This document shows positions 10,407 through 20,620 of a stretch of 64,000 bases of DNA, one piece after another; within the stretch, counting starts at the first letter, position 1, and each line of letters begins with the position of its first letter. The notes beneath the pieces are model-generated. The model saw nothing but the letters and a program-made list of their open reading frames with translations. It ran no database searches and was not told where the DNA came from. Location: IMG/VR virus record IMGVR_UViG_3300044712_000810, positions 124,001-188,000 of that record. The stretch is one strand, 5' to 3'. The translations under genes were made by a program, and so were the position numbers.

Positions 10407-10783
10407 TATTCACTCTCTTCTTGATGGATGTGACAATGCCGTTCGTCATGTTTTTTATTTTTATATGAACTACAATCCGTCTTAACAAAAAACCAATTAC
10501 TATCCTTCCATTTATTCATTTCAACTCTATAAAAACCATCATCCGTTTCTATTAAAATACTAAACATTCCAATTTTAACAATTTTACCAATATATCCATC
10601 GACTTCAACATAATTTAAAGTTGAAATATTTGAATTAAATCTAAATTGAAAATAACTAACAAGAGTCTCAATTAATGTTTTAGCATATGTAACTAAAAAG
10701 AAAATAACGGCAGTCCATAATACCATTTCAAATAAATCGGCTCGAATGATTTTCATTATTTCAGCATAAATTTTATCTTCCAT
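10406..10783 (-). CDS. MscS-like membrane protein (TM + beta domain)
   Basis: TM then VEVDGYIGKIVKIGMFSILIETDDG resembling the MscS middle beta-domain. Confidence 0.55.
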   Translation of the reverse strand: MEDKIYAEIMKIIRADLFEMVLWTAVIFFLVTYAKTLIETLVSYFQFRFNSNISTLNYVEVDGYIGKIVKIGMFSILIETDDGFYRVEMNKWKDSNWFFVKTDCSSYKNKKHDERHCHIHQEESE

Positions 10784-10846
10784 ATTATTACTCCATTTTT
10801 AATATTATACTTTTTCATATAGAAATGATACTGGCGGAGGTTTTAT

Positions 10847-11578
10847 ATGACAGTGATTCATAAACCGAATCCAATATTAGATTATCAATGTCTAATAGTT
10901 GGTGATGTACACAATGAATTCGGAACATTAAATACACTAATAAATCAACACAAACCAGATTTTTTATTTCAAGTTGGTGATTTTGGTTTTTGGCCAAGAT
11001 TAGTTACACCGAAACAAAGATCATTTGCATGGGCATCTGGAATTAAACGTTATCGAACTATGGATGTAACAGAAATAAAAAATCACAATACTAAAATACA
11101 CTGGTGCGATGGAAATCACGAAGATCATTGGACTTTAAAAATGTTTAGAGAAGATAATCAAGTTGCACCAAATGTGTTTTATCAAAAACGTGGAAGTACA
11201 ATAACTCTTCCGGATGGAAGAAATGTATTATTTATGGGTGGCGCAGATTCTATAGATAAAGATTGTAGAATATTAGGCCGCGATTGGTTTCCAGAAGAAA
11301 TTATAACACAAGCCGATATAGAAAATTTACCAGATATTCAAATCGATATCGTTATATCTCATACATGTCCTGAATGTTTAGTTGCAGACATGTTACCTTA
11401 CAATAGTTTTAAATTTAATGATCCATCGACTCAAGCTCTACAATATGTTCTTGAGAAATATGATCCTCAATATTGGTTCTTTGGTCATTGGCATCACTTT
11501 AAAAGATTTAAACGCGGTTATACAACATTTACATGTTTAAATATGTTACCATGTTCTGGAAGTTGGTGCTACCTTTAA
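10847..11578 (+). CDS. Calcineurin-like metallophosphoesterase
   Basis: GDVH, QVGDFG, DGNHED, ISHTCP, FGHWH motifs. Confidence 0.9.
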   Translation: MTVIHKPNPILDYQCLIVGDVHNEFGTLNTLINQHKPDFLFQVGDFGFWPRLVTPKQRSFAWASGIKRYRTMDVTEIKNHNTKIHWCDGNHEDHWTLKMFREDNQVAPNVFYQKRGSTITLPDGRNVLFMGGADSIDKDCRILGRDWFPEEIITQADIENLPDIQIDIVISHTCPECLVADMLPYNSFKFNDPSTQALQYVLEKYDPQYWFFGHWHHFKRFKRGYTTFTCLNMLPCSGSWCYL

Positions 11579-11623
11579 TATTCATAAATTTCATATAGAA
11601 ATTTATATATTAGGAGGTATACC

Positions 11624-11737
11624 ATGAACACTCTAAATGACTTTCTGTATAAGTTTCCGGAAGTTATCATAATTCCGGCTGGTGTCGTCATCGATGCTAT
11701 CTTGATGTATGGCTTCGTACTGTACATCTGCAAATAA
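11624..11737 (+). CDS. 37-aa hydrophobic peptide
   Basis: Motif at 11592, AGGAGG RBS, MNTLNDFLYKFPEVIIIPAG... Confidence 0.55.
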   Translation: MNTLNDFLYKFPEVIIIPAGVVIDAILMYGFVLYICK

Positions 11738-11780
11738 CACGAACCTGGGGCTGAAATGCCCCAGCTTATTGGAGCTCTTT

Positions 11781-11969
11781 ATGAGTAAAAAGAAAAAGAA
11801 GCCTAATATAAAAGGTAACACCATTATCATCAGTGAAGATGATATTAAAATCCGAAAAAATTCTTGTCCACCAACAAAGAAACACGAGGATAAGAAAAAA
11901 TATAATCGCAAAGAGAAACACAAAGAGGAGGCGTATGGTATATCCATACGCCTCCGTTTTTTTAGTTAG
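11781..11969 (+). CDS. Lysine-rich small protein
   Basis: GGAG RBS; MSKKKKKPNIKG... Confidence 0.45.
   Translation: MSKKKKKPNIKGNTIIISEDDIKIRKNSCPPTKKHEDKKKYNRKEKHKEEAYGISIRLRFFS
11927..11963 (+). terminator. Rho-independent terminator
   Basis: GGAGGCGTATGG/CCATACGCCTCC 12-bp stem plus T-run. Confidence 0.75.
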
Positions 11970-12426
11970 GAATATTCTTAATGTCTTCAACGACATTAAT
12001 TCTTTTTATTTTTTCCACTTTAAATTGCTCACGAACAACAACAACTGTTCCAGTAAGACCTAAATTGAATGTACACCATGCATTAAATAAATTAATTAAT
12101 TCAGCTGATGTTTTACAATTTGGAACAATATGATAAGCTAATGCCGTTGATACAAAAAACGGAAATGCCCACATCCAAATTTTAACAGATGTAACAGATT
12201 CGATAACTTTAGTAAGAACCGAAAACCAATAATCTTTCATTGAAATTTCACTGGTTGATGATTCTAAATTATCTGTCGTGTTTTCAATAACAGCTGGAGT
12301 TGTATCTGATTCTTTAATTACAGTTGTAGTAACTGTATCTGTTTTATTATCTTGTTTAATATCAATCTTAATAGGAGATGGTTGTATTTTTTGAGAATCA
12401 TCATTATCAACTAAATTAGGATCCAT
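11962..12426 (-). CDS. Two-TM membrane protein, possible holin
   Basis: Acidic N-terminus, two hydrophobic segments, basic C-terminus. Confidence 0.45.
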   Translation of the reverse strand: MDPNLVDNDDSQKIQPSPIKIDIKQDNKTDTVTTTVIKESDTTPAVIENTTDNLESSTSEISMKDYWFSVLTKVIESVTSVKIWMWAFPFFVSTALAYHIVPNCKTSAELINLFNAWCTFNLGLTGTVVVVREQFKVEKIKRINVVEDIKNIPN

Positions 12427-12438
12427 AGTATATCTCCA

Positions 12439-13371
12439 TTACATAATAATTTCAATTAATTCAATTGATTCTGTTGTTATAGTTTGATTTGCTTTACCAA
12501 CAACCTTTCCACAGAAACAAGTTTTAATATTGACAATATCAACTGGCATAGCAATACCATCCATACCAGATACTAACATTGTACCTTTTTTGACAGGACC
12601 ATCAACTAAACATTTAACTTTACCAACTCTTGCAATTGCTGGTCCATCAATATCATTATTCATAAGATATGCTGGTGCCTCAGATACAACTCCGAGAACA
12701 CGTGTTGAACATATTTCATTTGACATTTCGCAATCAAATCGATCATCTTCAGAAACTAAAACAACAGTTCCAATAGGTAAGTCTTTTTGTTTGCAAGTAT
12801 ATCTTTCGGCTAAGTCGGCATAACGCGCTTTAGCTGAAATTGCATTGATTTCATTTGCTGAGAAATTACCATCAGCATCACGTCTAACAATTTTATTTGC
12901 GATATTATCTGGTGTAGCATCAACAAGAACATTCAAGTTTGAACTTTGTAAATCTGTAAATGTACATGTACCAGTAGCATCACCAGTCAATGTTAAAATT
13001 GGATCAGGTTTATTTAAAATCTTAGTCCAATCAACACTAGTAATATCAGCATTATCGTGAACGTGTGCATCAGGATCAATAGTTAAATTTAATGTAGCAT
13101 TACCTAAATCTGTAAATGTACATGTGCCGGTAGCACCGCCAACGACAGTTAATGTTGGATCTGGTTTATTTTCAATGTCTTCCCATGATCCAGATGTTTT
13201 ACGCCATTCGGCATGACTATCTGTATTATTATAACAGAAATAAAGTTTACGCCCAGTTTGGATAGATTGATCCACCCATAATTGTCCGACAATAAAACCT
13301 TTACTGCTATCGTCGGTAGCTAATGGCGGTCTATCTGCATAATGTATATGTGGAAAATAGAAATCAGCCAT
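12439..13371 (-). CDS. Tail fibre-like protein with C-terminal peptidase-G2-like chaperone domain
   Basis: W..I.NKPDP repeats; ARYADLAERY...GVVSEAPAYLMN...VGKVKC. Confidence 0.7.
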   Translation of the reverse strand: MADFYFPHIHYADRPPLATDDSSKGFIVGQLWVDQSIQTGRKLYFCYNNTDSHAEWRKTSGSWEDIENKPDPTLTVVGGATGTCTFTDLGNATLNLTIDPDAHVHDNADITSVDWTKILNKPDPILTLTGDATGTCTFTDLQSSNLNVLVDATPDNIANKIVRRDADGNFSANEINAISAKARYADLAERYTCKQKDLPIGTVVLVSEDDRFDCEMSNEICSTRVLGVVSEAPAYLMNNDIDGPAIARVGKVKCLVDGPVKKGTMLVSGMDGIAMPVDIVNIKTCFCGKVVGKANQTITTESIELIEIIM

Positions 13372-13382
13372 ATTTTGATCTC

Positions 13383-15305
13383 CTAAATAATTATTTCAAT
13401 CAGTTTAACTTCTTCATTATCTATACTATCATTCGCATATGCAAAGTGTTTAGTTGTAAGTCCATTTGATGATATTGCAAGTCCATTAAAATGACTTGTT
13501 AATGGTTCACCTTTTTTACATGGTCCATGAACTAAACATTTAACTTTACCAATTCTACCGACAGGAATACCATCAGGACAATTATCATTTAATATAATTC
13601 CAGGATTCTCAGAAACTACTCCAAGAATAGTTTCACAACCAATAGAATCTACCATTTCAATATCATAATTTGGATCACTTGTAACTTTAACAAGTTGACC
13701 TATTTTAACTTTATCTTTACAAGTATATTTTTCAGCTAAGTCTGCATATTGTGCAGTTATAGCAGTTCCTCTAAAATATGTTGAGTATATATTTGCAAAT
13801 TTATATGTCGCAGAGCCAATATCATATACATTACTGATTGTAGGATATGAACTTCCATCTGTTCTAAGAAAACTAGTTGCATGTAAACCATCAACCATAT
13901 CCGCATTTGTATTTGTTGAATTTATAGTGCATGATATCGACACGTTACCCATGTCAGTCATAGTTGCAGAACCAACAACACCACCAGTAAGACTTATAAC
14001 TGGATCAGGCTTATTTAAAATCTTCGACCAATCAATCGAATTTAAAGTGGTGTCATCATGAACATGTGAATTATCTGCAACTGTTGATACTATATTAACG
14101 TTTGAACTACCATCAAAATTAACAGAACCTGAAACATCACCAGATAGTGAAATAGTTCTAGGAACATGTAATTGATTTACAGAACATGTGATAGTAACAT
14201 TACCAACATCAGTCATTGTTCCAGTTCCTGAAACTTCACCTGATAATGTAATAACTGGATCAGGTTTATTTAAAATCTTTGACCAATCAATAGAATCTAA
14301 AGTTGTATTATCATGTCTATGTGAATTATCTGCAACTGTTGATACTATATCAACACTTGAACTACCATCAAAACTTACAAGACCAGAAACATCACCAGAT
14401 AGTGATATATTGACTGGAGTTTGTAACTTTGAAGCAGTTGATGTATTACCAACAAATGAACCAGTAATTGTTTTATTGATCAAAGTTTGTGGAGTGGATG
14501 CATCTATAATTTCTATTTCAGAACCAGCTAATCCACATTTCCAACGATCATTAGATTCATCCCAAATAATTGAAGCGTTTGCTAATGTTCCACGTTCAAC
14601 TTCAATTCCACCATTTTCAATTGGTGAAGAACCTGTATAATTATTATTTAATACAACAATGTTATCATTAATAGTAACAACTTCTGAGTTTACAGTAGTT
14701 GTTGTACCATTAACTATTAAGTTGTTTATTATAAGATCAGCATAATCACTATCAGCTGAATTTCTTAATTCAAGAATACCTGTTGAGTTTTTAAATATTG
14801 GACCACCAGAATCTGAATCGAGATGATATGTTGGACTTGTTGTTCCAGTTAAATTAGTATGATTATGTGAATCATCTATAACTGTACTTACAATATTAAC
14901 GTTTGAACTGCCATCAAAACTTACAATACCAGTTACATCACCAGATAGTGATATATTAACTGGAGTTGTAATCTTTTTAACTACAGTATTAATATTAATA
15001 CTTGTAACATCTGTCATTGTTGCAGAACCAGCAATATCACCACTAAGAGTAACTGTTGGGTCTGGTTTATTTAATACTTTAGACCAATCTATTGAATCTA
15101 AAGTAGTATCATCATGTCTATGTGAGTTATTCGCAATAACACCATGTTCCGGAAGACTATGATCATGAGGACCACCAGCCCAACGACCACCTGGAGTAGA
15201 ACCATCACCAATATACAGTTGACGTGTATCTGTTGTTAATATTGGTTGCCCTTGTTCTGGTATTCTTGTATTTCTTCTACTTGATGGGCCTCTTAAAAAT
15301 TTCAT
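13383..15305 (-). CDS. Tail fibre protein (Mtd-N-like start, repeats, peptidase-G2-like end)
   Basis: LRG...GQPILTTDTRQLYIGDGSTPGG; repeated ISLSGDVSG and DWSKILNKPDP; ADLAEKY. Confidence 0.75.
   Translation of the reverse strand: MKFLRGPSSRRNTRIPEQGQPILTTDTRQLYIGDGSTPGGRWAGGPHDHSLPEHGVIANNSHRHDDTTLDSIDWSKVLNKPDPTVTLSGDIAGSATMTDVTSININTVVKKITTPVNISLSGDVTGIVSFDGSSNVNIVSTVIDDSHNHTNLTGTTSPTYHLDSDSGGPIFKNSTGILELRNSADSDYADLIINNLIVNGTTTTVNSEVVTINDNIVVLNNNYTGSSPIENGGIEVERGTLANASIIWDESNDRWKCGLAGSEIEIIDASTPQTLINKTITGSFVGNTSTASKLQTPVNISLSGDVSGLVSFDGSSSVDIVSTVADNSHRHDNTTLDSIDWSKILNKPDPVITLSGEVSGTGTMTDVGNVTITCSVNQLHVPRTISLSGDVSGSVNFDGSSNVNIVSTVADNSHVHDDTTLNSIDWSKILNKPDPVISLTGGVVGSATMTDMGNVSISCTINSTNTNADMVDGLHATSFLRTDGSSYPTISNVYDIGSATYKFANIYSTYFRGTAITAQYADLAEKYTCKDKVKIGQLVKVTSDPNYDIEMVDSIGCETILGVVSENPGIILNDNCPDGIPVGRIGKVKCLVHGPCKKGEPLTSHFNGLAISSNGLTTKHFAYANDSIDNEEVKLIEIII
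13996..14405. repeat. 155-bp direct repeats within tail fibre gene (13996-14150 and 14251-14405)
   Basis: About 18 mismatches in 155 bp by manual alignment; offset 255 bp (85 codons). Confidence 0.85.
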
Positions 15306-15319
15306 ATATGATTACCTCT

Positions 15320-16795
15320 TTAAAATGTTCCATCATCAATAAGTAATTCAACAGATGCGGAATTTAAGTTATTTAAAGTAACAGCACCTGTGACGGCACC
15401 AATGTAAGTTATTGTTGGGGAAGGAACATTAATTAATTTTGAGAAATCTAATGATGGAATAGTTGCGGTTGTATGTGTATGTGAATCATCAACTACTTGT
15501 GCATTAATTGAAGCAATACCAGTGTTTTCAGCAAATGTACCAGAACCAACAACGTCACCAGTTAATTGAATTTGTAAATTAAGTTGTGGCGCAAGATCTG
15601 TCCATTGAATAGTTCCAAGAGAACAAGATATATTAACATCGGTGGAACCATCAAATAACGTAGATCCCGTAACCATTCCTGATAAATTTATAATTCGTGG
15701 TGTCTTAAATTTACTTGCTGTGGCGGCATTAATATTATGATCACCGGTAAGTAATCCACCATCTGTTGAGGTATGATTATGTTGACCGAGATTATGTGAG
15801 TGATCTGCACGTGCAGTATAATTTAAAACGCCAATTTTACCACTAGTGTTAGATGAAACGTCCCCAGGCATTATATCAAAAAATGCCGGGTTAATTGGTA
15901 ATTCTGAACCTACTATTCCAGATTTCCAAACTTTATCAGCTTCACTCCACATTAATCTTGCTTCTGTTTGACTTCCTCTACGTATATCAATACCAGCATC
16001 TTCACTTGGTGTACCAGATGTAACATTCGAATTCAAAGTAATAAAGTTATCATAAATTTCAACTAATTCAGATTGGACTACGGTCATACCACCTTTAACC
16101 ATTAAGTTCTTACAAACTAAATCACCATAACCGTTGTCGGAAGGATCACGAACTTCAAGAGTTCCACCGGCATTTCGAATAATTACTCCATCCGATGCCA
16201 AATGTAAAAGACCAGGTTTAATGACATTATAGTTATTATATAAATCTGTAAATCTATTGTCAACATATGATTTTACAGCACGTTGTGTTGACAAATAAGA
16301 ATCGCTATTTTCCATAAGATTCTGATTTCCAGAAATAGCATTAACACCAACAACACTTGTGCCTAAATATAATTTACCATCTTGTCCAATTTTAATATCA
16401 GCTGGATATGTTGATGCGCCAGCTTTTAATGTAAATTCACCATCTTGATCTAAACCAATTGATCCGAACACTATATCAAACTTAGAAAAATAAAGTCGAG
16501 AATTTGATATATTATTTGTGTTAATAATCAATTGTGTATCAGTGCTTGCATTGAATTTTAATGGTGATGTTAAATTCCATGTACCTCCAGAAGGAAGTTC
16601 AGTAAAACTAATAGGGGCATTCGCAACATTTATAATCTTGTTATCAAGATCTTCAAGAACACCATTTAAATAGTTTGATGCGAATTTACCATTTGGATCT
16701 ATAACTTTAATGTTTTCATCAAAAAGAATATTTTCCCAATCGGTGTTAGTTTCATTTCTTATTAGAAATTCAATAGGCACGGGAATACCTCCCAT
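15320..16795 (-). CDS. Tail fibre/virion structural protein
   Basis: Shares DNFITLNS..GTPSEDAGIDIRRG and INLSG.VTG motifs with neighbouring fibres. Confidence 0.7.
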   Translation of the reverse strand: MGGIPVPIEFLIRNETNTDWENILFDENIKVIDPNGKFASNYLNGVLEDLDNKIINVANAPISFTELPSGGTWNLTSPLKFNASTDTQLIINTNNISNSRLYFSKFDIVFGSIGLDQDGEFTLKAGASTYPADIKIGQDGKLYLGTSVVGVNAISGNQNLMENSDSYLSTQRAVKSYVDNRFTDLYNNYNVIKPGLLHLASDGVIIRNAGGTLEVRDPSDNGYGDLVCKNLMVKGGMTVVQSELVEIYDNFITLNSNVTSGTPSEDAGIDIRRGSQTEARLMWSEADKVWKSGIVGSELPINPAFFDIMPGDVSSNTSGKIGVLNYTARADHSHNLGQHNHTSTDGGLLTGDHNINAATASKFKTPRIINLSGMVTGSTLFDGSTDVNISCSLGTIQWTDLAPQLNLQIQLTGDVVGSGTFAENTGIASINAQVVDDSHTHTTATIPSLDFSKLINVPSPTITYIGAVTGAVTLNNLNSASVELLIDDGTF

Positions 16796-16800
16796 TCAGA

Positions 16801-17172
16801 CTAGATATTTAATTCAGGTATACTTTGTTTAATAAACGATTTAATTGCTTCACGGCACTTTTCATCAGTGGATACAAATGCTTCAACTTTATTTTTATCG
16901 TCTTTAAATGAAATTCTCACAAAGTTTTCATGATTAATATATACATAACGATTTGTAGCAAATGTAATAGTGGAAACATTTTTAAGTCCACACTTTTTAC
17001 TTTCAATTTTTAAGAAATTATCAAAAGACTTTTTATTTTCAGTAACTTTTACACTAAATTCTGATTTTACTTGAGGTTGAACTATAGTTTCTATTTTTTC
17101 TTCTTCAACATCTAATATCGGTTCTTCAGTCTTTATAAGTTCGACTTTTTCATCTTTCTTTTTTCTTGCCAT
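16801..17172 (-). CDS. Hypothetical protein
   Basis: GGAG RBS; in operon. Confidence 0.6.
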   Translation of the reverse strand: MARKKKDEKVELIKTEEPILDVEEEKIETIVQPQVKSEFSVKVTENKKSFDNFLKIESKKCGLKNVSTITFATNRYVYINHENFVRISFKDDKNKVEAFVSTDEKCREAIKSFIKQSIPELNI

Positions 17173-17189
17173 TATACTTACTCCTAATT

Positions 17190-17393
17190 TTATATTCCCA
17201 ACGAAGGTTTTTGTATAGTCGGGAGTGAAGTTATTGGATTACCAGCTATTGTTTTTCTAATATTACGTTTACCAATTCCTAACATGTTACGTTTTTGATT
17301 AGCCATTGTATTATGAATTGTTTGTTGTGGCGATTGTGGAACTAAATATAGTTCCATCAAACCGGCCATTATTGCACGTTTTAATGAATTCAT
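17190..17393 (-). CDS. Small hypothetical protein
   Basis: ATGA overlap with upstream gene. Confidence 0.5.
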   Translation of the reverse strand: MNSLKRAIMAGLMELYLVPQSPQQTIHNTMANQKRNMLGIGKRNIRKTIAGNPITSLPTIQKPSLGI

Positions 17394-18301
17394 GTTGTCA
17401 CCTGTAAATAAGATAAATTGCCTTCATAATCATAAACTGGTAAACCTATAATATTACCATTTTCATCACGTGTCATAGGAATAGATACTTGAACTCCATC
17501 ATAACGTTCAAATATTAATACATCACCAATGGCCAGAAGTAATGAAATTGGTGTACCATCTTTAAGATACACTAATAGTTTCTTTCCGCTAGGAACGAAT
17601 ACACCTTGATATGAAAATAGCATATTGCCATTAACAGCACGAACATTATATCTATTTTCAGAATACTCAGGTATATCTCCATCATCTTCAAGTAATACAC
17701 CCATATGATGCAAGAGTTCAAATAACGGAGATGATTTTCTATTTCTTACATTATAACTTTTACCGTATATAGTAAAATCTTTTTGTTGTGATAATGTTAA
17801 TGAAATAATATCATTATTAAGATCTTTTAAAAATGATATAACTCCAACAATGGTTCTATCTCTATTTTTATCCCATCCATAATTAATAAATTCTTCATCT
17901 ATTCCAGCATTAACATCTGGTTCACGATGATAACCAATTCTTAATTCAACAGGATTAAATTCAGGAGATTCAGACCATTGATATCTTAAATATATTACTA
18001 AATAACCTTGATCAGAACATTGGGCGACATCAAATGTTAACTCTGTTGTTTCCAATATTTCAACAAGTGTACTATCCTGAATAGCATATCCAGGAAGAAC
18101 TTTGACTGAAATTTCTGTTCCAGTTTTCTTAAGATCTTTAAGAGTCATACCAGATACTATAAAATCATTACCATATGCTTTACATAATGAATTAATTAAA
18201 CGTGATAAATATACGTTACTATCAACCGTATTCCAATCATATAAAGGTTGATTGAACGAATCGATATGTTTTACTTGTGTTGGTGTACTAATTTCAGCCA
18301 T
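17390..18301 (-). CDS. Virion/baseplate-associated protein, paralog 1
   Basis: QVKHIDSFNQ..YLSRLINS..AYGNDFIVSG shared with 18312 and 19621. Confidence 0.65.
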   Translation of the reverse strand: MAEISTPTQVKHIDSFNQPLYDWNTVDSNVYLSRLINSLCKAYGNDFIVSGMTLKDLKKTGTEISVKVLPGYAIQDSTLVEILETTELTFDVAQCSDQGYLVIYLRYQWSESPEFNPVELRIGYHREPDVNAGIDEEFINYGWDKNRDRTIVGVISFLKDLNNDIISLTLSQQKDFTIYGKSYNVRNRKSSPLFELLHHMGVLLEDDGDIPEYSENRYNVRAVNGNMLFSYQGVFVPSGKKLLVYLKDGTPISLLLAIGDVLIFERYDGVQVSIPMTRDENGNIIGLPVYDYEGNLSYLQVTT

Positions 18302-18311
18302 ATCTATTCTC

Positions 18312-19151
18312 CTATACTCTTCTTATCCAAATCGAATGCTGATCCTTAACTTCCGGTTCATCTTGTTGTACTCTAATATTAACATTCGACGTGACAGTAA
18401 TAGAATTATCATCATGACTTAATGAAATATTATCACCAGCTTTTAAGGTCTTTAAATATATAATACCGTCGTATAATTGTTTGATAATATTTTCACCATT
18501 TGGTGTAGTCGGTAAAATACCATGGATATCTGATGCGATGTCAGTAATAAACCGACGCATATATCGATCTAAACCAAATGATTTTTGAATATCATAACCA
18601 TTCTTATAATATTCTTTTTCATAAATATATAAACTTAGATTTGTTGAACTATAAGCCGATGATAATTTTCCATTTCCATCAACAGTAAATTCAATAATAT
18701 CAATAATTGTTCTATATCTACCTGTAAACCATGCATGTGCAGGTTCACCATATGTATTAGAAGTTTTTGATATAAAATCAATTCCAAATCTTAATTGGTT
18801 TCCACCTTGTACATATAAATAGTGCCAATCAGCATATACAACGAATTTACCTTCAGTCGCATGTAAATTTGCGCCTTCATATTCAACTTCAAAATCTTCA
18901 TCAATTAATAATAAAGTTCTATCTTGAATTAATCTTCCGGCTGTTAATTTAACAATAATATTTGTATCCGTATGTGTTACTGTTGTTTCAAGTCCTTGGA
19001 GAACAATATCATTACCAAATGCTTCAAGAATACTATTAAAACCATGTGTAAGATAATATGAAGGTTCTAAATTAAATTCTAAACTTGAAATACGTTGTTG
19101 TGATGGCTCTATTATTCTCTCTTGTTTTGGAGCGAATGTTCTAAAGCTCAT
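18312..19151 (-). CDS. Virion/baseplate-associated protein, paralog 2
   Basis: QERIIEPSQQ..YLTHGFNSILEAFGNDIVLQG. Confidence 0.65.
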   Translation of the reverse strand: MSFRTFAPKQERIIEPSQQRISSLEFNLEPSYYLTHGFNSILEAFGNDIVLQGLETTVTHTDTNIIVKLTAGRLIQDRTLLLIDEDFEVEYEGANLHATEGKFVVYADWHYLYVQGGNQLRFGIDFISKTSNTYGEPAHAWFTGRYRTIIDIIEFTVDGNGKLSSAYSSTNLSLYIYEKEYYKNGYDIQKSFGLDRYMRRFITDIASDIHGILPTTPNGENIIKQLYDGIIYLKTLKAGDNISLSHDDNSITVTSNVNIRVQQDEPEVKDQHSIWIRRV

Positions 19152-19153
19152 TA

Positions 19154-19606
19154 TTATACCTCATTAAATCCTATAAAATATTTATAAAGATTATTTGGTG
19201 TTACACGAGAAAAAAATTTAAAATGTTTAAGAATATCATTAAGTCCACCAAGATATAATGAATATCCAATGATTTCTGTACAAAACCATTTATTTTTATC
19301 TTGAAGATTTAATTTTAAACCAGCAGAAAAAAATACTCCAAGCAAATCATACGGTTTATCATTTTGTGATTCACAAAACTCACGCATTTTAATTTCATCA
19401 AATGGAAAATTTAATTCAATAATATCCCATTTATCATCATATATAATATTTTTAAATCTCGTTCCATCATCACGAATACTTGATGAAAAACTCATACCAT
19501 CACTAAATATTAATTCGACATGCGAATATGGACCCATTGTCCAAATAGATATTAATTTATCAATCCAGTCTCCACGCCAACCTTTATAAAAAGCAAGTTT
19601 AATCAT
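19154..19606 (-). CDS. Permuted papain-like (NlpC/P60-type) amidase
   Basis: GPYSHVELIF (His) ... PYDLLG ... KWFCTEII (Cys) permuted order. Confidence 0.7.
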   Translation of the reverse strand: MIKLAFYKGWRGDWIDKLISIWTMGPYSHVELIFSDGMSFSSSIRDDGTRFKNIIYDDKWDIIELNFPFDEIKMREFCESQNDKPYDLLGVFFSAGLKLNLQDKNKWFCTEIIGYSLYLGGLNDILKHFKFFSRVTPNNLYKYFIGFNEV

Positions 19607-19620
19607 GGTCGGATTGTCCT

Positions 19621-20328
19621 TTATGAATTATTAATATATTCATCCTGTGTTACAGTTTTAAGTACTAAATTACCATTAACTGCACGAATTTTATAAATAT
19701 TACCAAGATATGCAGGCGCTTGACCTTCATCAAATAAATAATAATTAAGACCAGCAATAACACCTTGTAATGGTGAATTTGCAGTATTCTTAATATAATA
19801 TTCTTTACCTTTAACTAAAATTGATTGTCCTGTATAAAATTGATATTTATAAATTTGGTTATTTTGATCTTTCCAAAATCTAATAGCACAAAGAATTGTT
19901 CTATCTCTTTCAAGATCCCAACCATTGTTATAAACAGTTTCACCATCTGCTGATACCCATGACATTCTAAGTTGTGCCATGTTTGGTTCTGGTGTATTAA
20001 TCCATTTCCAATGCATATGGACAATAGCAAAACCAGTATCAGAAAAAAGATTACAATTAATATTCAAAAAAGTATCTTGAGTAATTTCTAATAATGTATC
20101 ATCCTGAATCATAATACCAGGCAAAATAGCAACTGATACTACATTATCAGTACATGATAAGTTTGTACCGTTAAGACCACCAACAACAATATCATTACCA
20201 ATAACTTTTAATACGTTATTAATATTACGAGTAAGATATACACGATGGTCGGAAGAGTTAAAATCAAAAATTCTTTGATTATATGGATCAATATACTTCA
20301 TTTGAGATGGAGTTACTTTATCAATCAT
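19621..20328 (-). CDS. Virion/baseplate-associated protein, paralog 3
   Basis: QMKYIDPYNQ..YLTRNINNVLKVIGNDIVVGG. Confidence 0.65.
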   Translation of the reverse strand: MIDKVTPSQMKYIDPYNQRIFDFNSSDHRVYLTRNINNVLKVIGNDIVVGGLNGTNLSCTDNVVSVAILPGIMIQDDTLLEITQDTFLNINCNLFSDTGFAIVHMHWKWINTPEPNMAQLRMSWVSADGETVYNNGWDLERDRTILCAIRFWKDQNNQIYKYQFYTGQSILVKGKEYYIKNTANSPLQGVIAGLNYYLFDEGQAPAYLGNIYKIRAVNGNLVLKTVTQDEYINNS

Positions 20329-20341
20329 TTTACATCTCCTA

Positions 20342-20620
20342 TTATTGTGATGCTACGCTTGTAACTAAATTTTTACGAACATCAACTATTTGTTTACGCG
20401 TATCATTATATTTTCTATCTGCAATCTTTTTAAAAGTAGACATACCAGTACTATTTGCAAAATCAACCGATTTCTTCATATCTTGTATTTTTTCTCTATG
20501 CATCGGCGCAGATTTAATTAATGCCGCTTTAACAGCAGTTCGCAAAGGATGATCATTTGGAAGGACTTTTTCTTCTAAAACTTCAGTTTCCATAATTATA
20601 ACCCCGTAAATTTTTGACAT
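20342..20620 (-). CDS. Basic hypothetical protein
   Basis: ORF in operon. Confidence 0.55.
   Translation of the reverse strand: MSKIYGVIIMETEVLEEKVLPNDHPLRTAVKAALIKSAPMHREKIQDMKKSVDFANSTGMSTFKKIADRKYNDTRKQIVDVRKNLVTSVASQ

Noticed and set aside
12439-15305. Diversity-generating retroelement (Mtd-like N-terminus, two similar C-termini)
   Set aside because: No reverse transcriptase in the window, and the similar segments do not differ specifically at adenines as a TR/VR pair would.
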